A stretch of 64,000 nt of DNA, taken from NCBI RefSeq assembly GCF_009914755.1, contig NC_060927.1; one strand, 5' to 3'. This stretch comes from the human T2T-CHM13v2.0 reference genome, Homo sapiens. The notes beneath the pieces were generated by a model that was not told the DNA's origin, did no database searches, and saw only the letters and a list, made by a program, of their open reading frames with translations. Position numbers and translations under genes: made by a program. Position 1 is the first letter of the stretch; every line of letters starts with the position of its first letter. Shown here piece by piece: positions 1 through 13,752 of this stretch.

Positions 1-610
1 ATTCTGTTCTGTGTATCTCTGCTCCCACAGTTACAACACATAAAGCTTTTTGGCCTTGAGGTGAAAGCACCTTCCGCTCTGCCTCACTGACAACCACTGG
101 GATCAGAGCTGGAGCTGAGTAATAAATAATGAAATTTTGCCTTCAAAATGTGTTAGCCTCCATAGAATATGAGAATGTACAAATTTTTTATTTTTCTCTT
201 TTAAATTTTAGTTCTTTCTTTTGTTCTCCAGGACTTTGTTTCGTATCATGCTCTGGGCCCCCTCTAAATGGGCTGCCTTGTAGAACTCTTTTGTCAGCCA
301 GAGAGGGCAAAAATTTTATATTGATTCCCTAAGGGAGGTACCAAACAGGCTGTGGAAGATGACAGTGTTTCAGGAAAAACTGTACTGTCCCAGCAAGTCT
401 AATGGGACCTAATAACATGTACAGTATTGTGGTAATAGGGACCATGGTATCAAATGCAAATGAGGAATCCTAATGCCTTTACTGCTCTAAGGCAGGGTGG
501 GTCAGGCAACCATATGACACACAGCGGACTCTTCCACGTGTTAGGGCTGATTCTATTTTATTTTCTTTTGTACTTCATTGCATTCTTTCTCATGCTCTTT
601 TCATTCAAAG

Positions 611-658
611 ATTCAATCCCAAGACAGGATTATGATACTCCACCAGCTGTTGTGTCAG
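611..658 (+). CDS. RBMS3: RBMS3 internal coding exon, 48 nt, phase 0-0 (IQSQDRIMILHQLLCQ), likely cassette exon
   Basis: Pyrimidine tract plus AG at 609-610, and donor CAG|GTAGGA at 659. The peptide matches the segment I recall preceding YMTAAAPMQG in RBMS3. It joins in frame to 44548. Confidence 0.9.
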
Positions 659-739
659 GTAGGAAAATTCTAATTCTTTTAAGACTGGATTGGAGGGGAG
701 AGATGGAGGTTGCCTGGTTTTTTCCCAAACTCTTTAAAG

Positions 740-1054
740 CAGTGATTCTCAACAGAGGTGGGTGCAGGAAATTTGAATTCCAGTTTGCAAGGGGGCATGT
801 GTAGTTCAGAAACATAAACTTAATATTATAATTCAGTTATATATCTGGAAAATAAATGTGTTGCATTTTAAATAGAAAGTAAAAACTCAAAACCATTTTA
901 TCTGTCAAGGATACACAGAAGATAGAGTCTGTGTTCTGTGTATCAGTGATTCTCAGTGTTAGACACAGTCATCAAATTCCTGAAAAGTGGGAAAATAATT
1001 TTATGTATAGCAAAAGACGGCACAGATTAATAAAAAATAGTTTGAGAAGCACTG
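740..1054. mobile_element. hAT-Charlie-type MITE
   Basis: TIRs CAGTGATTCTCAA...TTGAGAAGCACTG, and 8-bp TSD ctttaaag (732-739) / ctttagag (1055-1062). Confidence 0.7.
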
Positions 1055-1104
1055 CTTTAGAGACCAGAATTCTTCTAAATTGGAAAATCATCCCATTTGC
1101 TTGC

Positions 1105-1170
1105 TCAGCACCCTGCATAGGGTCTGACACATAGTAGGTACTCAATATAATTGTTTGTTGAATGAATCTA
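1105..1170 (+). mobile_element. L2/MIR 3' end relic
   Basis: catagtaggtactcaat...tgttgaatgaat, a typical L2 tail. Confidence 0.55.
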
Positions 1171-2827
1171 AACTTCAAATTTGTTCCCAAAACGATTCTT
1201 TTGGATATTGAAAGAAAAGCTGCCATTATTCTATTTATACAAAAAAGTGGCAGAGGTTGATTTGAAAATATGTTAGTGTCTTGAGGGTTTTAACTAGCAA
1301 TATTTCAGTTGTTTCATAAAATTTAGTAGTGCAGTTTGTAATAGGATATGTCTATGTAAAGAGGTGGATTTTTATTTTGAACTGCACAGATCTTCTTGTG
1401 CTTTCATTTTGATTTTGAATTTTGATTTATTGCAAAGAGAAAAATGGGCACAATTTTTTATTTCAGTTAATTTTTTAATTAAATAAAATACTGGCAATCT
1501 GAAGAGGAGGAATTCTTTGATTCTTTGACATGTCAGACAGCAAGGTCATAAAATACAAAGAGAAACATGCATTAGAAAGACAGAAGAAGAAACAAAGGTC
1601 AGAAATAGACTCAAAGACCCCATGGAGCAGTTGAATCTGTCAACCTGCTGGTGGTTTTCAAGCAGGGGAAATCTTGCTTTTGGCCACCCGTTTGCTTGAC
1701 CCAGCATCTGAAGGGTAATTCTTTTTTAATTTCTTATAGCCTTGTTTAGTTATGTTCCTGGCTGAATACTCATCTTTAAAGTTCAATTAATAATGTCCCA
1801 TTGAGGAAGAATACGTTAGCATTTGGCCGCGAAGTCATTTCGGTCCTCTTTAAGGTCTCTACAATAAATTGCCACTACTGAAAATATCACTTAGTTTTTC
1901 CCAAAGTGTATTTCCTGTCATATCTTAACATGCCAATTTCATTTAGGATTTAGGGCCCCTGGGAAGAGACTATATTTCATACATGGTACTTTTGTTTAAC
2001 AAGATACATCTACTCTTGGTAATTTACCAATATTCATAAAAATAAAAGACACAAACTAGAACTTACCTTCAACTGGGTTTCCTGATTTTACTTTCAAGAA
2101 CATAATGAAGAAAGCAAGCAAATCATTAAAAGTACTTATCAGATATCAGTCATAGGTCAGGCTCTACGTAAGTCAATTGAGGCAGAAGATCTGGCTGACA
2201 ATCTAGGCTCAGGAGTTCTCACCTGATTGCATACACAGGGCCACTGAAAGTTCTAGAGCAGATAAATTACTTGATAAAAGCAATGCTTTAAGAAACTGAA
2301 TCTGAAAGTTTTGTGTGGTCTTGAGCAAGAAGACATAAAAATCACATGGAACAGTTAAAAAGATTAGATATGACATATTGTATTTATAATAAAAAGTAGT
2401 CCTAGGTTCCCAGCAGTGGAGTATGAAGGAAGGGACCCAATATAGAGTTAATATGAAAAATAACATTTTGGGAGATTTCACAGTTATTTTCCCCTTGTAA
2501 GATTTAATTGGTAGTTTGACATAAGTTTCACAGACTTCTTTGGTCTACGTCTAAATAGAAATAGACTTGCCTTTCCAAAATGCTTGTTAATTGGCTGGTA
2601 GGACAACTTCAATGACTTTTGAGAAATTGAATCTGCTTTTCTCAATCCTTGGCCACATCAGGAAAGTGAAACAGGCAATAGCATTGTAATATCTCCTTCC
2701 CAAATCTTCCAATATGTCAATATTGGACAAAACAAATAACTCTTTGCCAGTGTAGAATCCAACTAAATTGTTTTAATTGATTGTAGTCGAGATATCTGCT
2801 TGACAATTTACAGATACATAACTTAAT

Positions 2828-2930
2828 TTCATTCAATCAATATTTCAACATTTATTGAACAACTTCTGAGTGGTAGACACTACACAAAAGTACTGGGGAT
2901 ACAAAGATGAGCAGAAAATAGACCCCTGAT
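2828..2930 (-). mobile_element. L2 3' fragment
   Basis: ttcattcaatcaa...catttattgaac...ctggggatacaaagatgag. Confidence 0.55.
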
Positions 2931-5671
2931 TAAAATATTATGGTATAATATTAGACCATTATAACATTAATAGCAACATTTATTTGTGTTGTCGTGATGT
3001 GAAATGCATAAAGTATAGAGAATCAAGAATCTAGAAAGAATATTTGAAATCCTCAGGAAGACAAATACTGTTTGGTTTTCTGTGTAATATTAAGTGACAT
3101 CATCTTCTGAGAGTGAGTGAGAGAAGGCACATAGTAAGGATTTAAGAAGAACAGAGATTTGGAAAACTATGGCATGAGAAGGCCTATGAACAATCCATAG
3201 AATTTTGAGGGGTAGTAGTGGGGGTTCATTTGAAGCTATGGACTATGTATTTGTGTGATTAATCTGTGAGAATGTTTGATTTTCTGCGGTCATGATTAGT
3301 AGCCAAGAAGGCAGACAGGCAAATTAATGCAGGGTTAGTATTTACTAGGTGAAGTGAGGAAAAGGATAGTGTGCAATTATGATATTGGCAAGAAAGTAGT
3401 TGAGTGGCAAACTGTGGGTTTAAGGAAGAATAAAGAAGGAAGAAAAAAGAAGGCAGTGGTGGATGAGAGATAGAAAACAAAATATACAGATTAGCAGTTT
3501 CAATGAGATGTACTAACTACAATGTATTTTACTAACTACAATGTAGTTAGCAAAATACTTGGATTTAAGATTTTGGATAATGAACTATTTCTTGGCAAAG
3601 TTTGAATCATGGGAGCAGGTGGCCACAGTGGACTTGAGGTGAAAGTGACAGAAGTTAAGGGAGTTCATTAATGTGAACATAAAAAGTGACTAATGAAGTG
3701 GGGGTATCTTGCATATTTTAGTTTTGTTTTCTTCGTTCTTTGCCATTAATAAATTATACATGGCTCAAGAATATTTTACTTAGGAAGAGTCTGAGTTACA
3801 TATTTAAGCTTCAACAATGAATATGTCTTAAAAATAATAATAATCTGGGAAGAAAGAGTTAAAGCAGAAATGGTGATGTTCAAAAGAAAGAAGGAAGCTT
3901 GGGAAACAAAAGCATCTCTGATTTATTTCCCTGGAGTCACCTCTTGTTGCCTACATCTCTGCTAGGCCTTACCTAGCTCATTTCAAGGAGGGAAGACAGA
4001 AGGCTGAAACTGCCCTCTACATTTTCACACCAAAGCAGGAATCTATTCTCCTTTTAGTATTTCTTTTCCATAACAACTATAACTCCTTTAAAAATCCTCC
4101 TCTCTTAAGCAAATGTTAATGAAAAAATATGTAAAGGCATAGTAAAATGCCATTTTCTATACATGGTTGGGTTTTATGAAACACCTATGAAAACCGAAGA
4201 TAATTTGTAGTCAAATTTTTATTTCAGTTGTTTTGAGCTTAATTTCCTTGAATGACATCAGCATGAAATCAAGCAGAAGACTACTATCACTAGAGAACTA
4301 AAGTAGAATCAAAATCTGTCCTCTTTTTCTAAAAAGCTTTGAGTTCAGAATTTGAACCTAGGTTTGAAAAAAATTTTTTTTTAAAAAAGAAAAGAAAAAC
4401 GGGGCCTGAAAAATACACTGAAAAGAACCTGTAGAACTTGTGGAGCATATTTTCATTCTTTGCTCTAACCTTTTATGCACCAGCTGAAACAGGCTGAAAT
4501 AATAAGTGTTATCAGTACAACTTCATGATGAGATTTCACAGAAAAAGTTTGCATAAATCACAATATACTGGTCCAATAAGAAATTTTTAAATGTCTGATT
4601 TCTAACCATGGAGTTGTGCTCTACGAATAAAGTTCTTCATTGGAGTACATGATGCAATTAAGACAAAATTCACTGTTATAAACAGCATGCACTTTCTCAC
4701 ATTGTTTTTGTTTCAGCAATCTAAGTTTGCATTGGAAAGCCTCATTAATTTGGAATTTGTGATGTCCAAGCAAAGATTTAATTGAAGCCTATTTCTTATG
4801 CTGCATCTTAGGTGAGAATTGCTGTGTGAAACTATCCTCTATCATCCAGAGGAGGGAAAGGCAGAGTATTTTAGCTGCTTCAAAGAACAAGGAGAACAAG
4901 ACCATCTTTCAAGCTCTAAGCAACATTTGTTTTCATAGATACCATGAGCTAATTACAAATAATTTCCATCTTTTAATTAAAAATTAAGTTCATTAGTACC
5001 TCCAATTAGCAACAATTAGCCATTAAATTGTTTTTATTGTAAAAGACCTGACACATTGTTATGTGTTCCCACAAGCCACACGTGAAAATCAGTTTCATTT
5101 TTTGGCTCAAATACCGTGCATTTATGTTGACTACAAAACTATCTTTCTTTACATGAGTTAATTGATTTTTTCTTTGTAATAAGTTCTTAGAGACTTTGCT
5201 TTACTTATTCTTCATTTATTCAACTAATATTTACAGAGTACCTACAGTGCTACAAAAAACTAAGGGTAGGTCCATTTCTTGCCCCCAAAGAACAAAGATT
5301 CTAACAGAGTAAAAGGTTATAAAGAAATGTCATGTAACATAGTATATGACAGACATCACAGGAGTGGTCTGCAGAGCAGGACTCTGTACATGATATGTGC
5401 GCAAGTATTTGACAAAAATAGGCATGTGAATGCTGAGTTATTGTGTTCCTGCTGGTGCATTTATTTTGTTCGCTAAATTATAAAAATTGAATCATTAAGA
5501 ATTTTCCTATGGGACCATAATTGTTATTTATGTATTAAAATAGGCAACTAGATTGGACTAGTATATAAATATCACTGTTATTTAGCCCAGGTTGTTTTTT
5601 GGTTTTTGTTTTGTTTTGTTTTCAGAGGATGGGATAGGTGGGTGTAAAATTCTATGCCTCATCTTCTAATC

Positions 5672-5888
5672 CAGCAAGCATTTCCTGTAAAGTTCCAGAT
5701 AGTAAATATTTTAGGCTTTGCAAGCCATACAGTCTGTGTCATAACTATTCAACTCTGCCACTGTAGCATGAAAGCAGACACAAGCCACGTGCAAATAAGT
5801 GAGCATGGCTATATTTCATTAAAGCTTTATATGCAAAAATAGGCAGCAAGCAGAATTTGGTCTGTGTGCTATAGTTTGCCTACCCCTG
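5672..5888. mobile_element. MER58A-like hAT-Charlie MITE
   Basis: ctgtaaag..ccagatagtaaatattttaggctttgc...actattcaactctgcc...tagtttgcctacccctg matches the recalled MER58A consensus. Confidence 0.8.
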
Positions 5889-8800
5889 CTCTCTCTAATC
5901 AATTTATTTTTATAGGTATTCCAAACTAAATACTGTCACTGATATTCTTTATAATACATCTGAAGTGACCTTCCCTTAAAATTCGCATTTTTGAGCTTTT
6001 TTATTTCATAAAAGACAGAAATATCAGAAAATCTGAGATGGTAGACATTGAGATGGAGGTTGAGAAAAACATGTATTAGTGTTTTAGTGTGTACAGAATA
6101 ATTGATTATAATAGTGATATATTAAAACCCTTTAAGAATATTTTTATTTTTTATATATTTTTTTAATATTTTCATTATATATTGGTCTTTTAGGACTTAT
6201 AGCAGCAACAGGGGATCATCAAAACCAGGAAAATCAAACATATATTCTGTTTATTATCCTCTTGGCAGCCTTTAGAATCCTATACTTTTAGAAATTTAGA
6301 GAAAAGATGAGAAATATATCATCCCAAAAGATTTGTAGTAAAATATATTTGACATCTTTGTCACACCACCTGCAGCGGTTTCTGTTACTGTTGTGATTGT
6401 TGATTAGTGTCCACTGATATTACTCTTGACCTGCCAGTATTTTAGCTATTCTATTTCCCCCTGGGTAACTGCTTCCCTGAGTACTGTGTGCTGCTTTGCC
6501 ATCCGATTATAAGGGAAAGCTTTCCTGGTCTTGTCTAAAAGCCGAACACTACACAGGGTAAGCCTGGGATGGCTGGAGATATGACTACCCTCTGTGGCAA
6601 GGACAGAGAAAAACGACGCTTAGTGATGCAGCACACACATCAAATCAAAAGGCAGCCTCTCAAAATGCTTTCTGCAGTAGAATTTTTCAGTGAGTGGCAG
6701 CAACTGACTTAAAGCATCCCGCAGCAGCAGCACACAGCATCACTTAGTGCCTCAGTCATCTACAAAAGGGCAGAGCCTACATAATACGCAGCAGAGCACT
6801 TTCAAGACAACAATGGACTTTAAAGTAAGCTAATTGCGTGTGCAGGAATCAGCACATCTGGTACTGAAATCACTTGGTTCCGTTTTTAAATCAACAGCAC
6901 AAAGTGGGCACTTGAGGCGCCTGTCAGAGAATATAGTCAGGAATTGACTATGTATGATTCAGCCCTTGCCAGAGGCATGCGAGAGACATCTGATTCTGGA
7001 GAGATACTGCCTAATAAACATGTTAACAGTTCTCTAGACCCTATGTTAAATTAGTTAATCAGAATGCAAAATGCCCGAACCATAAAATTGGACATCCCTA
7101 TTGAAATGTTTTCTCTCAGTTAAAATTTTAACATTTTAACCTCTTCTTTGAGAAGCAATATATTACACGAACATTTAAACAATGTTACCAGCCTTTTGAG
7201 ATGCCACAGCAAACCAAATTGTCTGTTATTTTACCCAATGTCTTTTATATAAAGAAGCAAATGATTAATAGATCCTTGAGTTCAGTGTCTCAGCAAGTAT
7301 CTCTCTCCAGATGAATGAATATACTTATTTTTAACTAACAATGTAAAATACCCAGCTTAATCTATTTTCCCTTAGCCTTGGTTATCAGGATAGTTGGAAT
7401 TAGATGGAGTACATTGCAAATGTTCCTGGTAGCATGTTCTCTCTATTGCTCTTAACTGTTTGTTGATTTGCTGGTATTTTTAATTGTGCTTCTTAATGCA
7501 GTGCTTAATTTTGTAAATCTTCCACAAATTCAACTTGGAAGTACAAAGCTTCTAATTCCTTTAGTAAAAAATAAATGAAGAAATACTATTGGGCTAATGG
7601 GAAGTTTGTGTGCTAAACATCTTAGGAGAAGGACAAAATGAAAGACGATTTTGATTGTGTGTTGATCTTATCTAAAAATTTACCACCAGACACTGTTTGT
7701 TTTCATTCTCACACATGCAGTTTTAAACAGGAAAAAGTATGGTAGAAAAAATCAAAATGATTTTTAGAATTCACAGGATGTATGTGATTTCTGAGTCATA
7801 TTATTTAATAATTATTTAACAATTAGAGTTACTTAAATTTTCTGAAGCTTAGCTTTTCTCTCCTTAAGAGTAGAGAGTATATAATCTATTCATTACCCTT
7901 TATATATACACAACAATAAAAGGATTAATTGAAAGGATATGTCCAAAGTACCTAGTAAGGGCGTGACTCATGATCGATATTAAATAATTGAAGCTTCCTT
8001 TCTGCTTCCTTTCTTTGGATTCAGGAAAGTGTGTTAGGACTTTTTGAAGTATCATTAATCTTATATTTGCTATGTTAGATTAACTTATCCAAAGAAAGGA
8101 GTCTTTTTAAATAGTTTCCAAACTCAATATCTAAAAATAAAAGAAATAGTAAGAGAGTTAATTATATTATCTTTCTTATTGGCCAAACTATTATGATATT
8201 ACTAGGTGAATTAATATAAATATAAATATTTAATAACATGAAAAAGAATGTTCATAATGCACAGTGAAAAGATGACAAAAGTGAACAATCATTATGATTT
8301 TGAGGCCTAAAACATACACATGAAAAAATCTAGAAAAGAATGCATAAAATTATTATCATATGTGTTTTCAATTTCTATTTCTAAACTTCTTGAAATGTTG
8401 CTTTGCTACACTTATAACTTATTAAAACTTTAATAACAGTCTTTGAAATGGCAACAGTTTTAAGGAGACATTTATGTACCAGAAAAACATGACTGTGTGA
8501 AAATGAAAATAAAGATGATGATAATGAGTGTGGTGATTATATGCATGATAGCAGTAGCAGGGGTAACCTCTAACATTTTCCCCACCTCTACTCATCACAT
8601 CTCAACGTTATGGCATTTAGAGCAAGATTAAAAGAGACATTATATCTCTATATAGAATTGGCAGAATTTTTGAGTGATTCTATAACCTAAATTCATTAAA
8701 TTTTATGTAAATCCATTTTCCACCTACCAGAAGATCAATATTTCCATAACCAATAGTTAATGCCACTTTTCGTATTGAAATCACATTTCAAATGATATAT

Positions 8801-9364
8801 TATGTTTCTTGCATGCAGCAGTTGGAACAACCTAAAATCTTCCCAGTTTATATTATGTGAGACATCAAGGCTCTTGTGGTTTACAGAACTGATATGACAT
8901 ATTTGAAAGGGGACGGTATATAATACACTTTTAATTACATATTATGTCTAACTTCTGCAACTTAGACTACTACTATATACACATTTTTTTTACTTTTCTG
9001 CTTAAAATGAAATCTGCTGTTGATTTGTTTCCCTGAGCTGTAATTACAAAATACTTATACTTACCCAATCAAGCTGATATAACTTCTAAGTGCTTTTGCC
9101 ACCCAAGATATTGTTTATTCTTCCTTCCTTTCTACCACTAAGTTTTATTTATTTTGATCATGTGGAATATATCAGTATATTATTTTTTATCAGGGAACTT
9201 TATGTGCCTGCTCTGAGTCTAGCAGTTTGCCCAAGAGACTCAGATACGGGAATGCACAGGACTCCAGATCCAGGAAATATGAATTTTATTCATAATTGAG
9301 CAGTTACATTAGCAAATAAAATATGAAGATTTGGTAAAAATTATTGAGATTCTTGAGATACTTG

Positions 9365-9870
9365 TTCTGGAGGGTTGAAGCCTACTAGCCAAAGAAAACC
9401 AAGGATCAACTATAGTCAAACATAGTTAAGTTCATTAGCTTGCTGAAACAAGGGAAAATATATACCAGTTGAACTGTGGAGCATCTCAGAAAAGGAAGTC
9501 TGGAAGGGCTTATTACAGAATTAGAGCTTGTGCAATATGACTTTGGGAAGGGTGTGAAGAAGTGACCATTTATTCCACATTGAGTGATACCTGGAAATGA
9601 GGGGCAATTGAATGATTGTGTGTCTTAAGTGTTATTTAGTAGTTGGGAAGAAGAAAGAAGGGCTCGAGCTGTCATTGGCAAAGATGCAGCCGTCATTAAT
9701 GTTAGACAGAAAAAGGAGATGTTTGATTGTTTAGGTTTGCAGAATGTACCTGTCTCTCTTTTGTCCACCACAGTCCTTGAGTGGCCTTGTCTGAAAATTG
9801 TTGATAATCTTCGAAAATTGTTTAGTTGGGAATGCTATGACCTTGCAAATAGCTTCCAGCTAATTAAAGG
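9365..9870. mobile_element. Degraded ERV-type LTR (family uncertain)
   Basis: Overall resemblance to old ERV LTRs only. Boundaries are approximate. Confidence 0.3.
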
Positions 9871-12800
9871 TTATTTGAAAGATTTCCATAAATTCTTTCC
9901 TTATCTCAAGGGCAATTATAATATTGCCTAACAAAAATATAGCAGAATATTAAATGTCCTTGGTGAAATATAAATGCAAACATGAGAGAGGGTAAATAGT
10001 GTTTTATTCATCACATAGTATGTATTCATCACATACATACTATGTTCTAGGCACTGTTCTTAGTGCTCTACGTGAATTGATTTGTAACATTTGATTGTCA
10101 CAATCATTCCGCAGGGAGTTTCTTTGTCCTCTGCAAATTCGTTCTTTATAAGCTCAGCTGGACCCACACTCATATTTATGCTCCTTCAGCTGTTTTAACC
10201 TTTTTCACCTTTTTAAGTTCCAAACACGAGTCTTGCCATTTATGCTAAAAAATGACTCTTTCTTTATGAGAAGATCAGTACCACATTTTATCCGATCTTC
10301 AAATGTTTGTTTCTTCATTTTTCCCTTCTTCCTATCTTCCTCTTTTGTCAAGCCATAGTCCTCTTTTTGTCAATGTTAACCCCTCCTTGTATGTTCTTGA
10401 TTTCATCTGCCTCAATTTGTTTTTATGGTCTTATAGCATTGATTGCCCTCTATCCCAGATGCACCTTATTCAATATATATTTATTCAATGATGATTTTTC
10501 CTATGCTTAATGAAATGTGTAGATCCTTCTTGCCTCAAGATTCTCATGGTGCTGGTCTTATGACACCTTGCTTTTCTTCATTTTTTTCTCAGTGGCATCA
10601 TGTGCTTCCTCACTTTTAACTGTTATATAGATGACCTCCAAATCTATATTGCTAAATCCTATCATCTATTTTGCTTTTCATGCCAAAGTTTCCAACTACT
10701 TCCTAGATATCCCCTATCCACTCTTACCTGGCCCATTTATAGTTCAAACTTCTTGTTCACAATTTCAAATGTCTCATAATCTTGCTTCTCAATCCAGTTT
10801 CTTCTGCAGACTTCCCTAGGGTTCAAGCAAACCTCTATAAGCATTCTTTATCTAAGCCAAGATGTTTTAAGTGTAGCTACAAGTTTAAGATTGTTAGAGT
10901 CTTTGACAGTAGCTTAGAGTATAGCTCTTCTCTTTGGGGTGAGAACCATATGATTTAATATTATACTAAGCTTAGAGTAGGACAGGAAATCTTTTACCAA
11001 TTGGTGAGTTATTTTTCTTTCAGCCAATGGTGCTTAAAACCTCAGAGGTGTTTTGGTGCACTCTATGCCACATGCAATCTTCCTTTTTCATGTAGATCCT
11101 ATTTCTACAATGTATTTTGAATCTGCTATACCCATTCCATTCTATTACCCAGGTCCAGGCTGGGTTCTTATTACATTCTAGTTTTATTATTTGAGTGTTG
11201 TTTTGGTGTCAACACCTAGCACTTCTCTTTCCTATTCATCCTTCACACACATTCTTGAATAAATTTTGAGATTAACATTTAAAAAATTTTATCTTCAAGA
11301 ATATGTTAATAGAACAATTAGGAGTTACCTTAGTAGATAATTATCCCTACCATCTGATCACTGCCAGAAAGTAGGATACAGATCAGATTTCTGAATCTAA
11401 AGTCATCTTTTCTAACAGCAGCCCTCTAACTCATAACCAGTATATACCAGAAATGTTACACTACTTAAAGCTGTAGTTAGCTTATGGAGATTGTTCTACA
11501 AGGAGGCAGGTATAACAACTATGTCATACCACAGAACCACAGTATGGTGATAGCTGCTCACTGGCCTCTGCTTGAGAGGAGACCTAAAATTTCTCTGACA
11601 GAAATATTGCCCTTCCTGCAGCTAACATCGAAGTGAAGGGGTATGTGTCTTGAAAGGAGTCAGCGGGTTCTCATTCTTCTTCGCTTCTTCCATTTGAGTC
11701 TATCATCCAATGCCGATTTCAGCTGATAGTTTAAACATATGGTCCTGTGTGTAACCAGCAGCAAAGAAAGCTACATTCCAAGTACTTTTTAAGAAACATA
11801 ACAATTTCAAAGTCACTGCCACTCATACCTTTCAGAACCTTGACTAAGAGAAATGATATTTTTGGAGAAATATTTGGATCTTATGCAGTATATCCATTTT
11901 CCTTGGATATTCTAAGTTAGATCCTTGGATTAAGCTAAAAAAAAGCTGTTTTACCTGGATGACTGCATTCCACTGGACCCGTGAAACAGCTCTTCATGAA
12001 GTATGCCTTGGCACAGTACCATTTGTTTATGTGTGAAGGACACTATAATAAATAGACCTTGGAAACTTGCTTTGCTATATTAAGGCTGTTGTTCATTAGA
12101 CCACACAGTGTCTGCTCCTTTCAGACTCACAGGAGAAACATCTGTCTTCCTTCCATATTGGGAATCATTCTTCAATGCACCTAGCTTATTTTCTTACCTA
12201 ATGGACACAGTGACTTGTATAAATCATTGCTAACTAACTCTGGTAACATTTTAATAGCATTTATTTAATTAGCCTGTTTGCTCACTTCATCTTACTCTCT
12301 TTCCCTTCACCTGATTTTTCTCACTTATTTGACACTGCAATATTTTATACAACCTTGAAAGCTGCCTTAAATAGTTTTGGGAAGCAAGGTGGACTATAAT
12401 TAAATAAATTCTGGAAATGGAAATGACTAGTGTATTATTTTTATCTGTCAAGAGCCACAACTCAAATACTACAAGAATTGAGAAGAACTTATCAACCTTG
12501 TGTTCAAGGCCTGCCACAGTATAATCTTCAAGCTACTTTCCCAACTAGTTTTCTTTCTGTCTGCTTCACGACTCTTCTTTCACTAGTCACAGTTCTTTGT
12601 AAGATGTGTTTAATGGTGAGTGCTTGCTTTCTTTGCTCATGCTCACTTTCCACCTGGAATTTCTTCCCTGCCACACCTGCCATCTCTGTGGATCAAATCT
12701 TGTGAGTTTTTCTGATTTTCACACTTTATTTTGAAAACTCTCAAAGTTTTCTGTTACCACCTGATGAATTCCACCTTCTATGAGATATTTGCACATTCCT

Positions 12801-13089
12801 CGCTATCTTCTCTCCAACCTACCTTTAGATTATAAGTTCCTGGAGGTTTGGAGATCAAGGGCTCTGCCATTCCTTTTATCCCTTGTGGTATTAAAGCTCA
12901 AATTTTTGATCTAAATAAGTCTTTAAGTAAGAACTCTCCCTCAATTATATACTTCAATGTTGGCTTTTACTCTTAATAAATGTGGAGAGAAAAAGTGGGG
13001 GAGGTAATACTAGGCTAGTCAGATGCCTGAATTTTCTCTCACAGTTCTAAAATTTAAAAGTATCTCTTCCAGAAAGTTACTCTAGGTAA

Positions 13090-13752
13090 CTGCCATCCTT
13101 TGGCAGGACTAGCACAATATCCATCTAACTGGTCGGACTGATTCAAGCCTTCTTTCCATTCAATTCATTTTCTCTACAGCCCCAGAGCCACGTTTCTGAA
13201 ACAAACAGGACATGTTTGAAATCCTTTTGCAGCTTTCAGGACATAATCTTCAGTCCTTAGCCTGTGCAACAAGGCCCTTCATGATCCTGATGCCTCCTTT
13301 TTCACATTCATCTGTTACTACTTCTGTTCTCCCGCCATAATGAACTGCTTTCAGTTTCTGGGATGGGCCAAGCCTGCAGGGTCTTTGCATAAGTGGGAGT
13401 AGATAAACATGAGCAAATCCTCATCTAGAATGTGTTTCCTTTACTCTTCAACCTGCTAATGCTGGCTTGTTTCACAGCAATTGTCTCAAATGTTTTCTTC
13501 TTCTTGGAAGGTTGCCTTATCCTTTTGTCTTGTCTTAGAGTTTTCTCTCCCCTTAGGTGTCTGGGAATACCTTTATTGTAACATTTAGCACACTGAATCA
13601 CCATTTCCAGTTTAATTATCATTTCTCCCCTCTAGAGTAAAGGCTATAAACTCTTAGAGCAGAGACTATTCATATTTACCTTATTTCTCCATAATCCAGC
13701 AACATCTGGCCCATGGTAGGTGTTTATTAAATATTCATTGATTGAATAAATG
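13090..13752 (+). mobile_element. L2 fragment
   Basis: aaggcccttcatgatcctg...gggtctttgcat..., ending catggtaggtgtttattaaatattcattgattgaataaatga. Confidence 0.65.

Noticed and set aside
454-804. 116-aa ORF overlapping the first exon
   Set aside because: It is in a different frame from the RBMS3 exon. Its hydrophobic stretch is just the translated polypyrimidine tract.
11330-12230. Possible processed pseudogene or ancient retroviral pol relic (e.g. FHWTRETALHEV on +, LKWKKRRRMR on -)
   Set aside because: Only fleeting motif resemblance, with no sustained frame, poly(A) or TSD. It needs tBLASTx/Dfam to decide.
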